Part shown: positions 1 through 8,344 of the stretch, piece after piece | Position numbering within the stretch: position 1 is the stretch's first letter | Layout of the letters: the number at the start of each line of letters is the position of its first letter | DNA from: Dehalococcoidia bacterium | Lineage (GTDB): Bacteria > Chloroflexota > Dehalococcoidia > Lucifugimonadales > UBA3495 | NCBI GenBank assembly: GCA_965203855.1 | Contig: CBDBDN010000005.1 | Span: forward strand, 65,804 to 129,803 | DNA length: 64,000 bases | Direction: 5' to 3' | Made by a program: the position numbers and the translations under genes | The notes under the pieces: generated by a model | The model's input: the letters and a program-made list of their open reading frames with translations, nothing else | Database searches by the model: none | What the model was told of the DNA's origin: nothing

Positions 1-804
1 GCGCGGTTCCAGATTGCGGAAATAGGCGTTCAGCGGGGCGGCCACCATATGGATATGCTTGGAAAAGGGAATGTACAGGGCAAAGCCCAGTATAATCAGC
101 AGATGTATCCACCAGAAAACGGCCTGCCCAACGGACGCCGTCGCCTCCGACATCCCCAGCGCGTTGAGCCAGCCGCCGATGGCCCCGCCAATCGGCACGC
201 CCGCCTCCGGCCCCGTACCGCCGGCCGCCACATAAAAAGAATGCACCAGCAGCGTCGCCAGCATCAGCCCTCCCGTCAAGCCCACGATGATGACCGACTC
301 GCCCTTGCGGGTCAGGTCAAAGCGCAACCGGTGCGGCTGGGCAATCCAGCGGCGGAACAGCGCCCACGCCAGCGCCGCCAGCACTACCACCGCCAGCACA
401 TCCAGATAAACGCTGTACGCCAGCACTCCGGCCGGCGTCAATATGGTTTCGCCCAGCGGATGCCAGATTGAACCGCCAAAGATAAATATCAGATAGGACA
501 GGCTGAACGACAGAAATCCCCAGAAAATGGCGGCGTGTCCGATGCCGGCCAGATCGATGCGGCGGGAACGGGGATCGGTGCGTCCCACGCGCTGCAAAAC
601 CTTGCGCTGCCCTAGCACGATGCTGATAGCGCCGGCCAGCCGCGTCAGCGGACGGTCAAACCGCGCTGCCGGCTGCCCTTGCAACGCCAGCCGGAATACC
701 CGGCGATACACCGCATATCCCGCCGCCGCCAGCGTCAGCAGAGTCAAAAAATACACGCCGGCCCAAACCGGAATAACGCCAAACAAGCTGTCGGGAGGAA
801 CCAT
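1..804 (-). CDS. membrane-anchored Fe-S oxidoreductase-like protein, N-terminal cytochrome-b/NarI-like transmembrane part (3' end outside window)
   Basis: Absent from the ORF track because it runs off the window. My reverse translation from ATG (complement of 802-804) stays open to base 1: MVPPDSLFGVIPVWAGVYFL...AAIFWGFLSFSLSYLIF...LYIPFSKHIHMVAAPLNAYFRNLEPR. It is multi-TM with an FSKHIHM block that I associate with GlpC/HdrD-type proteins carrying a heme-b anchor. Confidence 0.5.
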   Translation of the reverse strand, partial: MVPPDSLFGVIPVWAGVYFLTLLTLAAAGYAVYRRVFRLALQGQPAARFDRPLTRLAGAISIVLGQRKVLQRVGRTDPRSRRIDLAGIGHAAIFWGFLSFSLSYLIFIFGGSIWHPLGETILTPAGVLAYSVYLDVLAVVVLAALAWALFRRWIAQPHRLRFDLTRKGESVIIVGLTGGLMLATLLVHSFYVAAGGTGPEAGVPIGGAIGGWLNALGMSEATASVGQAVFWWIHLLIILGFALYIPFSKHIHMVAAPLNAYFRNLEPR

Positions 805-940
805 AATCGCCAATCGCCTTGCCGGAAAGCCGCCCGGCGCAACGCCGGCCGCTCCTAGCTAATCAAAAACTGCCCGCCAGTGTACCACACCCCAACCGCT
901 AACCGCCCGCCATTCCCTTGGTGAGTGTGGTCATATTCGC

Positions 941-966
941 CGTCATTCCGGCGCCAGCCGGAATCC
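941..966 (+). repeat. REP-like palindromic element copy (loop variant GCCA)
   Basis: cgtcattccggc-gcca-gccggaatcc, an 8-bp stem, lying between divergent gene starts. Confidence 0.8.
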
Positions 967-1033
967 ACGCCCGCCGCCCTGCTATACTGCCATCCCCAAT
1001 ACCCCCATCACATCACACCCCGAATCGGAGCAA

Positions 1034-1999
1034 GTGAACCTTATGGAAACCGTTGGATTCATCGGACTGGGCAACATGGGCGGCGGTATGTCCGCCAACA
1101 TTCAGCGCGCCGGCTACCCCATGACCGTGTACGACCTGCGCGAGGAAGCCGCCCTGCCGCTGCTGCAAGGCGGCGCCCGTCTCGCCAATACCCCCGCCGA
1201 AGTGGCCGCCGCCAGCGACATCACCTTTACCTCGCTCCCCGGCCCCTACGAAGTGGAATCCGTAGCCCTCGGCAATGCCGGCGTGCTGGAGGGCATCAGC
1301 CCCGGCAGCGTCTATATTGACCTGTCATCCAGCCGCCCCACGCTGATTCGCGCAATTGAACCCAAGTTCCGCGCCAAAGGCTGCTATGTGCTGGACGCCC
1401 CGGTCAGCGGCGGCAAGACCGGCGCCGCCTCCGGCAACCTGGCCGTAATGGTCGGCGGCGACCGGGAAGTCTTTGACCGCGTCAAGCCCATACTGGACGC
1501 TTTCGGCGACAAAGTGTTTTACGCCGGCGCCATCGGCGCCGGCAGCGTCGCCAAGCTGGTGCACAATATGATCGGCCACAGCGTCCGGCAGGCCATCGCC
1601 GAGGGGCTGACCTTGGGCGTCAAAGCCGGCGTCGAGCCGGAAGCGCTGTGGGAATGCGTCCGGCGCGGCTCCCTGGGCCGGATGCGCGTTCTGCACGAAG
1701 GACTGGTGCGGACGATGTTCCGCGGCGAGTTCGAGCCGGCCAGTTTCGCCCTCAACCTCGCCTACAAAGACATCTCCCTGGCCACCGAACTCGCCCGCGA
1801 GTACGACGTCCCCATGCCCATGTCCACCCTGGCCGAGCAAATCGCTATGCAGGCGATGAACCGCGGCTGGGCCGAGCACGACAGCAGCATCACCGTCCGG
1901 CTGCAAGAGGAACAGGCCGGCGTTGAAGTGCGCGCCCCGCACCTTGACCCGGCGCGCGCCGGCCGCTTCATCACCACCCACCCGGACGACGAGGAATAG
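1034..1999 (+). CDS. NAD(P)-dependent 3-hydroxyisobutyrate / 6-phosphogluconate dehydrogenase-family oxidoreductase
   Basis: N-terminal Rossmann motif VGFIGLGNMGGGM, 321 aa. ATG at 1043 (METVGFIGLG) is the more likely start than GTG 1034. Confidence 0.85.
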   Translation: MNLMETVGFIGLGNMGGGMSANIQRAGYPMTVYDLREEAALPLLQGGARLANTPAEVAAASDITFTSLPGPYEVESVALGNAGVLEGISPGSVYIDLSSSRPTLIRAIEPKFRAKGCYVLDAPVSGGKTGAASGNLAVMVGGDREVFDRVKPILDAFGDKVFYAGAIGAGSVAKLVHNMIGHSVRQAIAEGLTLGVKAGVEPEALWECVRRGSLGRMRVLHEGLVRTMFRGEFEPASFALNLAYKDISLATELAREYDVPMPMSTLAEQIAMQAMNRGWAEHDSSITVRLQEEQAGVEVRAPHLDPARAGRFITTHPDDEE

Positions 2000-2011
2000 C
2001 AAACGCCGGCC

Positions 2012-2057
2012 GGCGGCGGGATTGCGCTAAAACGGAGATGTCGCCAATCCCGCCGCC
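2012..2057. terminator. GC-rich hairpin downstream of the dehydrogenase gene
   Basis: Perfect 13-bp arms ggcggcgggattg / caatcccgccgcc with a 20-nt loop, starting 13 nt after the stop. No T-tract follows. Confidence 0.4.
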
Positions 2058-2110
2058 ATACCGGATACAATGATAATAGCCAACCGCCGCCGCAACCGGA
2101 GCGAACCGCT

Positions 2111-2509
2111 ATGACTATGAAAGAGATGTCCGCCCTGGAACACGCTCAAACGGCGCGGGATTTCCTCGCCGCATCCGACCGTGAGTTTGACGCTGGCGAC
2201 CACCGGCAAGGTTCGGAAAAGCTGTACGGCGCGGCTACGCAGGCCATCAGCGCCATCTGCCGGCAGCGGGGTTGGCAGTACGATAACCGCCGCGCGCTGA
2301 AACAGGCCGTAGTCGGCATTGGGCGGGAGCATGACGGCGACATCTACGCCGGCCTCATCGGCGGGTTTATCGCGGCGGAACGCTTTCACGAAAATTTCAT
2401 TCACGATCATCTTGAGGATTACGAAAGGGATGCCGATCGTCCGTTGGTGCGTCACTTCGTCAATAGGCTGCTGGCACTGCTGGACATGGGTGACGACAGC
2501 GCGCCGTAA
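2111..2509 (+). CDS. PaREP1/HEPN-like small helical protein, paralog 1
   Basis: MTMKEMSALEHAQTARDFLAASDREFDAGDHRQGSEKLYGAATQAISAICRQRGW...AAERFHENFIHDHLEDY. The helix pattern matches my recollection of the PaREP1 family. RBS-like ggag lies upstream. Confidence 0.6.
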   Translation: MTMKEMSALEHAQTARDFLAASDREFDAGDHRQGSEKLYGAATQAISAICRQRGWQYDNRRALKQAVVGIGREHDGDIYAGLIGGFIAAERFHENFIHDHLEDYERDADRPLVRHFVNRLLALLDMGDDSAP

Positions 2510-2563
2510 CCCAGCCGGCCCAGTATAATGATACAACCCACGCCGCAGCCAGGGAGAACCGCT

Positions 2564-2953
2564 ATGACCACCAAAGAAATGACCACCCAGCAGCACGCTC
2601 AAACGGCGCGCGATTTCCTCGTCGCATCCGACCGGGAATTCGCCGCCGGCGACCACCTCCAAGGCTCCGAAAAACTCTACGGCGCGGCCACGCAGGTAAT
2701 CATCGCCATCTGCCAGCAGCGGGGTTGGAAGTACAACAGCCACCGGTCGATGAAATGGGCCGTAGATGAGTTGGCAAAGGAAATTGAAGAGCCTTACATC
2801 TCCGGCGGGTATATCGCCGCCGAGAATTTCCACCGCAATTTCTTTCACGACCACATGGAGGATTACGAAAGGGAGTCCGACCGTCCGACGGCGCACCTTT
2901 TCGTGAACCGGATGCTGACAGTGCTGGACAGCGACAACGGCAAAGCGCCGTAA
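2564..2953 (+). CDS. PaREP1/HEPN-like small helical protein, paralog 2
   Basis: Paralog of 2111..2509. Start moved from track ATG 2528 (which overlaps a TATAAT box) to ATG 2564 (MTTKEMTTQQHAQTARDFL), which aligns with paralog 1 and has GGGAGA 7 nt upstream. Confidence 0.6.
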   Translation: MTTKEMTTQQHAQTARDFLVASDREFAAGDHLQGSEKLYGAATQVIIAICQQRGWKYNSHRSMKWAVDELAKEIEEPYISGGYIAAENFHRNFFHDHMEDYERESDRPTAHLFVNRMLTVLDSDNGKAP

Positions 2954-3007
2954 CCCAGCCGACCCAGTATAATGATACAACCCACCCCACAGCCGGGGAG
3001 AACCGCT

Positions 3008-3409
3008 ATGACCACCAAAGAAATGTCCCCATTGGAACACGCCCAAACCGCCCGCGATTTCCTCGCCGCCTCCGACCGGGAATTCGCCGCCGGCGACCAC
3101 CTCCAAGGCTCCGAAAAGCTCTACGGCGCCGCTACGCAGGCCATCATCGCCATTTGCCAGCAGCGGGGTTGGCGGTACAAGAGCCACCGCGCGATGCAGC
3201 AGGCCGTAGCCAGCATTGCGCGGGAGTATAACGACGACAACATCGCCGACGGCCTCACCGGCGGGTTTATCGCCGCGGAACGCTTTCACGAAAATTTCTT
3301 TCACGGCCATCTTGAGGATTACCAAAGAGAGGCCAACCGCCCGACGGTGCACCGCTTCGTCGCCCGAATGCTGACACTGCTGGACAGCGACAACGGCAGC
3401 GCGCCGTAA
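3008..3409 (+). CDS. PaREP1/HEPN-like small helical protein, paralog 3
   Basis: Paralog of the two genes above. Start at ATG 3008 (MTTKEMSPLEHAQTARDFL) by alignment, with the same duplicated upstream module. Confidence 0.6.
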   Translation: MTTKEMSPLEHAQTARDFLAASDREFAAGDHLQGSEKLYGAATQAIIAICQQRGWRYKSHRAMQQAVASIAREYNDDNIADGLTGGFIAAERFHENFFHGHLEDYQREANRPTVHRFVARMLTLLDSDNGSAP

Positions 3410-3477
3410 GCCGGCCCGCCCGCCGCCGCCGCCAAGCAGTCCCGCATCCGCCCGCCAACGCACCGGAGCATATCACT

Positions 3478-3903
3478 ATGAACCTCAACACTTACCTCAA
3501 CTTCAACGGCGATTGCCGCGCCGCCTTTGACTTTTACCGCTCCGTTTTCGGCGGGGATTTCACCTTTCTGGTAACCTTTGCCGACGGCCCCTCCGATCTG
3601 CCGCCGCTTTCCGACGCCGAAAAAAGCCTGATCATGCACGTCAGCCTGCCCGTCGGCAATAACATCCTGATGGGCAGCGACAACATCTCGGCATTCGGCC
3701 CCCCGTCCACCGTCGGCAGCAATTTCTCTATCAGCATCGGCGCCGACAGCAGGGCGGATACCGACCGCCTGGTCAACGGCCTCGCCGCCGGCGGCGCCGT
3801 CTTGATGCCGCCCGACGATATGTTCTGGGGCGCTTACTTCGGTATGTGCCGCGACCGCTTCGGCGTCAACTGGATGGTCAGCCACGAACCGGCGCAGGAG
3901 TAG
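3478..3903 (+). CDS. VOC/glyoxalase-fold protein, PhnB/YjdN-like
   Basis: Family-typical blocks in 141 aa: YLNFNGDCRAAFDFY, IMHVSLPVGNNILMGSD and FWGAYFGMCRDRFGVNWMV. Confidence 0.8.
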   Translation: MNLNTYLNFNGDCRAAFDFYRSVFGGDFTFLVTFADGPSDLPPLSDAEKSLIMHVSLPVGNNILMGSDNISAFGPPSTVGSNFSISIGADSRADTDRLVNGLAAGGAVLMPPDDMFWGAYFGMCRDRFGVNWMVSHEPAQE

Positions 3904-4029
3904 CTGGGGCCAATCGGCAATCCGGCGCTACTATTTGATACAACGTCGCCCTGGCGTCCGGGATGTAAGCGTTGCGCCGACGGCGCGGCGGCGATTCCGG
4001 CCAACGCTAGATACTACGGAGATTTCACG

Positions 4030-4875
4030 ATGCAAGCCATTGATATGCACGTCCATGTGCCCCGGGAACCGGGCCTGCCCGAAATTGAAATTGAGGCCGA
4101 ACTGCTGCGCTACTTCCGCGCGCCGCCGCCCCCGTCGGACCCGGCGGAAATGGCCGCCCGTTTCCGCAGCCTTGACCTGTTCGGCGTCATCTTTTCCGTG
4201 GACACTACCACCAACACCGGCGAAAAGCCCGACAGCAACGATTGGGTCGCCAGCATCGTCAACGCCCATCCGCAGCAGTTTATGGGCTTCGCTTCCGTTG
4301 ACCCCTGGATGGGCAAGGCCGCCTGCTACGAACTGGAACGCGCTGTCAAGGAACTCGGCCTCAAAGGACTGAAACTGCATCCCATACATCAGGCTTTTAT
4401 GCCCAACGATACCCACTTTTATCCCCTGTACGAAGTTGCCGACGGGCTGGGCATTCCGGTTCTGTTTCATTCCGGTTTCGCCGGCGCCGGTTCCGGTACG
4501 CCCGGCGGCAGCGGCCTCAAGCTCAAGTACAGCCAGCCCATCCCCTGCTTTGACGATGTGGCCGCCGATTTTCCCAACCTCACCATCATTATGGCCCATC
4601 CCGCCTGGCCTTGGATTGACCAGCAGATTGCCGTCGCCCTGCACAAATCCAATGTGTACCTGGACTTGTCTGGCTGGATGCCCCGGTTCATCCCGGAGCC
4701 GCTGCTGCGGGAAACCAACACCCGCTTGCAAGACAAGGTAATGTTCGGCTCCGACTACCCGTTCATCCAGCCCGATGCCTGGCTGCATGACTTTCAGAAC
4801 CTGCAAATGCGCGACCATGTCATCCCCAAAGTGCTGATTGAAAACGCCCGCCGCGCCCTCAACATCCCGGCCTGA
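4030..4875 (+). CDS. amidohydrolase-2 family metal-dependent hydrolase (TIM barrel)
   Basis: N-terminal IDMHVHV and C-terminal FGSDYPF motifs, 281 aa. Confidence 0.85.
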   Translation: MQAIDMHVHVPREPGLPEIEIEAELLRYFRAPPPPSDPAEMAARFRSLDLFGVIFSVDTTTNTGEKPDSNDWVASIVNAHPQQFMGFASVDPWMGKAACYELERAVKELGLKGLKLHPIHQAFMPNDTHFYPLYEVADGLGIPVLFHSGFAGAGSGTPGGSGLKLKYSQPIPCFDDVAADFPNLTIIMAHPAWPWIDQQIAVALHKSNVYLDLSGWMPRFIPEPLLRETNTRLQDKVMFGSDYPFIQPDAWLHDFQNLQMRDHVIPKVLIENARRALNIPA

Positions 4876-5063
4876 CCGCCCCATTTCCCGCCTTACCAGG
4901 TGATAGGATAAATGGAACGACAGCGCGGCTTTGGCGCGGTTCTTTCAATGACCGCAGCATATAGCGTCGGCTGCCGGACGGCGGTTATAGTAGCGGCGCA
5001 AAAGCAGCCGTCCCATGCCGCCCGGCGCCGGCTTGCTGTACGCCTGATTTCCGATTCGCACCC

Positions 5064-6779
5064 ATGACCTCCCAAGTCTATTACCGCAAATGGCGACCGG
5101 CCCGGTTCAGCGACCTGGCCGGCCAGGAACATATTACCGCTACCCTGCGCCAGGCCGTCATCCAGGGGCGGGTCAGCCACAGCTATCTGTTCTGCGGGCC
5201 GCGCGGCACCGGCAAAACCACTACGGCACGCGTCCTGGCCAAGGCCGTCAACTGCCTCAACCCGCAGCAGGGCGACCCCTGCAACGAGTGCGCCCCTTGC
5301 CAGTCTATCAACCAGGGCCGCAATATGGACATCATTGAGCTGGACGCCGCCAGCAACCGGGGCATTGACGAAATCCGCGACATCCGCGACAAAGTGCACT
5401 TTCTGCCCGCCGAAAGCGCCCGCAAAGTGTACATCATCGACGAAGCCCATATGCTCACCGCCCAGGCGTCCAACGCTTTCCTGAAAACCCTGGAGGAACC
5501 GCCGCAGCACGTCATTTTCATTCTCTGCACTACCGAAGCCCACAACATCCTGCCGACCATCATTTCCCGCTGCCAGCGTTACGACTTCCGGCGTCTGCCC
5601 GGACAAGTCATCTTTGACCGTTTGGCGCACATTACCGACCGGGAAGCCGTCGCCATTGAACCGGAAGCGCTGCGGCTGGTCGCCCGCAATGCCGGCGGCT
5701 CGCTGCGCGACGCCGAAAACATCCTGGAGCAGCTGGTAGTTTCGGCCCGTGATACCGTCAAGGCCGCCGATGTTGAGGAACTGCTCGGCTTGGGCCGCGG
5801 CGACGCCTACCTCAAACTGGCGCAGCAGCTCCTGCTAATGGACGCCCCCGGCGCTTTGTCCACCATCAACGAAGCCCTATGGGAGGGCGCCGACCCTCGC
5901 CAGATGCACCGCCAGACCCTAGACCTCCTCCGCGCGGCGCTGCTGCTGTCCTGGGATGCCGCCGACACGGTGGACTTGCCCGATGCGGCGTTGGAAACGC
6001 TGCGCGCCGCCGTACCGCAGGCCGACCGCAGCCGGATTTTGCGCGCCGTCCGCATCTGGGCCGAAGCCAATCTGCGCTATGACGCCCCGTCCGCGCTGCC
6101 GCTGGAAGTAGCCGCCGCCGAAATCGGCAGAGACGAACCCATCGCCCCGGAACTGCCGGCAGCGGAGCCGGCAACGCGGCCGGCCGCAGCCCCGCAGCGT
6201 CCGCGCGCGCCGGCGGACGCCCCATCCCGAGCGCCGGCCGCGTCATCGCCGCCCCCGGCGCCGCGCCCGAATACGCCGGCGCCCGACCGCGCTCCGCCGC
6301 GTCCGCCGTCCCCGTCACAATCGCCAACGCCGCCACAACGCAGCGCGCCGCCGCCGGCCGGCAGCCTGCAAGCCCAATGGGAGCAGGCCGTCCGTGATTT
6401 AAGCCGCACCAAAGGCAGCAAGTACAGCATCGGCGCCCTGCTACGCGACTGCCGCTCCGACAGCGTCCATCTGTCCGCCGACGACGCAACGCTGATCCTG
6501 CCCTTTCGCAACATCGCCAATCTGGACCGGATGAAAGAGGAACTGGATACCCCCGGCGCCCGAGTCCGTGATACCATCGAAAACGCAATTGAGCAGATTT
6601 TTGGCACCCGCTATTCCTTTGAGGTAACGCTTGCCAACGGCAATAGCGCTGGCAATGGCAATAGCGGCGGCAACGACGCCCGCCCGGCCCGCAGCAGCCT
6701 GCAAGACAGCCATCTGATGCGTACGGCAATGGGACTGGGCGCCCGTATCATCGAAGACCAACAGGAGACGCCAAACTGA
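5064..6779 (+). CDS. dnaX: DNA polymerase III subunit gamma/tau
   Basis: YRKWRPARFSDLAGQEH, P-loop GPRGTGKTT, zinc module CNECAPC and SRCQRYDF. A Pro/Ala-rich linker lies in the C-terminal half. Confidence 0.95.
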   Translation: MTSQVYYRKWRPARFSDLAGQEHITATLRQAVIQGRVSHSYLFCGPRGTGKTTTARVLAKAVNCLNPQQGDPCNECAPCQSINQGRNMDIIELDAASNRGIDEIRDIRDKVHFLPAESARKVYIIDEAHMLTAQASNAFLKTLEEPPQHVIFILCTTEAHNILPTIISRCQRYDFRRLPGQVIFDRLAHITDREAVAIEPEALRLVARNAGGSLRDAENILEQLVVSARDTVKAADVEELLGLGRGDAYLKLAQQLLLMDAPGALSTINEALWEGADPRQMHRQTLDLLRAALLLSWDAADTVDLPDAALETLRAAVPQADRSRILRAVRIWAEANLRYDAPSALPLEVAAAEIGRDEPIAPELPAAEPATRPAAAPQRPRAPADAPSRAPAASSPPPAPRPNTPAPDRAPPRPPSPSQSPTPPQRSAPPPAGSLQAQWEQAVRDLSRTKGSKYSIGALLRDCRSDSVHLSADDATLILPFRNIANLDRMKEELDTPGARVRDTIENAIEQIFGTRYSFEVTLANGNSAGNGNSGGNDARPARSSLQDSHLMRTAMGLGARIIEDQQETPN

Positions 6780-6781
6780 TT

Positions 6782-7084
6782 ATGGTAAATCGCAGAATGA
6801 TGCGCCAGGCCCAGCAGTTGCAGAACCGCCTGGCCCAAGCCCAAGAGGAACTGGCCGAAATGACCGCCGAAGGCTCCGCCGGAGGCGGCGTAGTGCGCGT
6901 CACCATGAACGGACGGCAGGAAGTATCGGCAGTGGTCATTGAACCGGAAGCGGTTGAGGATATTGACCTGCTGCAAGACCTGGTGGCCGCCGCCTTCAAC
7001 GACGCTTCTACCCGCACCCAGCAGATGGCCGCCGAAAAGATGAACGCCCTGACCGGTGGCATGAACATTCCCGGCCTGGTCTAG
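6782..7084 (+). CDS. ybaB: YbaB/EbfC nucleoid-associated protein
   Basis: 100 aa, QAQQLQNRLAQAQEEL...VTMNGRQEV..V.I.PE, located directly after dnaX. Confidence 0.9.
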   Translation: MVNRRMMRQAQQLQNRLAQAQEELAEMTAEGSAGGGVVRVTMNGRQEVSAVVIEPEAVEDIDLLQDLVAAAFNDASTRTQQMAAEKMNALTGGMNIPGLV

Positions 7085-7086
7085 CC

Positions 7087-7114
7087 GCGCGCCGCCGGGC
7101 CACCGGCGGCGCGC
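7087..7114. terminator. GC hairpin after ybaB
   Basis: Perfect 12-bp arms gcgcgccgccgg / ccggcggcgcgc with loop gcca, starting 3 nt after the stop. No T-tract. Confidence 0.45.
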
Positions 7115-7122
7115 TAAAGCGG

Positions 7123-7170
7123 ACGGCGTTTTATCCATACGGTATTACGGCGTTCTATCCATACGGTATT
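7123..7170 (+). promoter_or_regulatory. two tandem 24-bp direct repeats abutting the -10 box of gene 7187
   Basis: acggcgttTtatccatacggtatt / acggcgttCtatccatacggtatt (one mismatch), ending 4 nt before TATAAT. Confidence 0.6.
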
Positions 7171-7174
7171 AGGG

Positions 7175-7180
7175 TATAAT
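7175..7180 (+). promoter_or_regulatory. -10 box TATAAT, leaderless-type (6 nt before ATG 7187)
   Basis: tataat-gctctt-ATG. There is no room for an RBS. Confidence 0.55.
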
Positions 7181-7186
7181 GCTCTT

Positions 7187-8284
7187 ATGACTACCAGCAT
7201 AACCGACATCGCTGACCTCGCCCGCATCCTCAACGAGCAGCCGGAATGGCGCGACGCCGTCCGCAGCATCCTGCTCAGCCAGGCGCTGATTGACTTGCCG
7301 CAGCAGATCGCAGAATCCACGCAGGCCGCCAACCGCCGGCTGGACGCCTTGGAAGCCGGCCCATCCCGACTGGAAACCGCCTTGGCCGCGTTTATGGAGG
7401 CTACCAATCGCCGGCTGGACGCCCTGGAAGCCGGCCAAGTTGAGCTGCAAGCCGGCCAGGTTGAGTTTCCAGCCGGGCTTGGCCGGCTGGAAACCGCCTT
7501 AGCCGAGTTTATGGCGGCCACCAACCGCCGCCTGGACGCCCTGGAAGCCGGCCAAACCCGGCTGGAAACCGCCTTGGCCGAGTTTATGGAAGCCACCAAC
7601 CGCCGGCTGGACGCCTTGGAAGCCGGCCAAGCCCGTTTGGAAACTGCCTTGGCCGAGTTTATGGAATCTACCAACCGCCGGCTGGACGCCCTGGAAGCCG
7701 GCCAAGCCCGACACGATGCGGATATTGCCGAGGTGAAAGCGGGAATCGCCGAATTGCGGACAGACCTCGGGCGGCTTGAACAGAGGGTCAGCCGGTTGGA
7801 GGGCACCGTAGGCTGGCTGGTCGGCGCCGAACTGGAACGCTCCGTCCACGCCAACATCATCAGCATCGCCAGCCGTCAGCTGGGCCTGAACCGCGCCCGC
7901 ATCCTCCAAAGCAAAATCGTTGCCAGAGGGCCGGATTTGCAGGACATCATTGACGACGCTGAGGAACAGGGCGTCATCACCGCCGACCAGGGCCGCCATC
8001 TGGAACTGTCCGACATCATCATCAGCGGGCGGCGCAAAAGCGACCGGCAGCATTGCTATGTCGTTGCTGAAGTCTCCGCCGGCATCCGCGACGCCGACAT
8101 TACCCGCGCCCGCGACCGGGCGCAAACCTTGGCCGCGGCGCAGCAGCTGCCCGTGATTCCGATGGTAGTCGGCGCCAGCATCTCCCATCAGCAGCGCAGC
8201 CTGGCGGACAGCGCCGGCGTGTCGGTAGTAATCGCGCTCAGCCTGGCGCAGGATACCGATGATGACCCGCCGGCGGACGAATGA
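7187..8284 (+). CDS. coiled-coil tandem-repeat protein with possible C-terminal PD-(D/E)xK-like domain
   Basis: About five 25-aa repeats (TNRRLDALEAGQARLETALAEFMEA, nt about 7325-7720). The C-terminal part (ELSDIIISGRR...YVVAEVSAGIRDADITRARDRA) has a D...E.S/K-like pattern. No family was firmly recognised. Confidence 0.6.
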   Translation: MTTSITDIADLARILNEQPEWRDAVRSILLSQALIDLPQQIAESTQAANRRLDALEAGPSRLETALAAFMEATNRRLDALEAGQVELQAGQVEFPAGLGRLETALAEFMAATNRRLDALEAGQTRLETALAEFMEATNRRLDALEAGQARLETALAEFMESTNRRLDALEAGQARHDADIAEVKAGIAELRTDLGRLEQRVSRLEGTVGWLVGAELERSVHANIISIASRQLGLNRARILQSKIVARGPDLQDIIDDAEEQGVITADQGRHLELSDIIISGRRKSDRQHCYVVAEVSAGIRDADITRARDRAQTLAAAQQLPVIPMVVGASISHQQRSLADSAGVSVVIALSLAQDTDDDPPADE

Positions 8285-8344
8285 CTGCCCGCGCCGGCCC
8301 GCCGGACACGCCCTCGTTAGCCGCTAACCGGATGGCGCAGCATT

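Noticed and set aside
2027-3463. 478-aa minus-strand ORF spanning all three PaREP1-like genes.
   Set aside because: It is exactly antisense to three well-supported paralogous genes. Its product is Gly/Arg/Ala/Val-rich low complexity that mirrors the triplication. This is a typical stop-poor antisense frame of a high-GC genome.
5064-6779. Programmed frameshift or transcriptional slippage site in dnaX (gamma versus tau).
   Set aside because: No A-rich slippery heptamer or poly-A run is visible in the gene. Only a Pro/Ala-rich linker is present.
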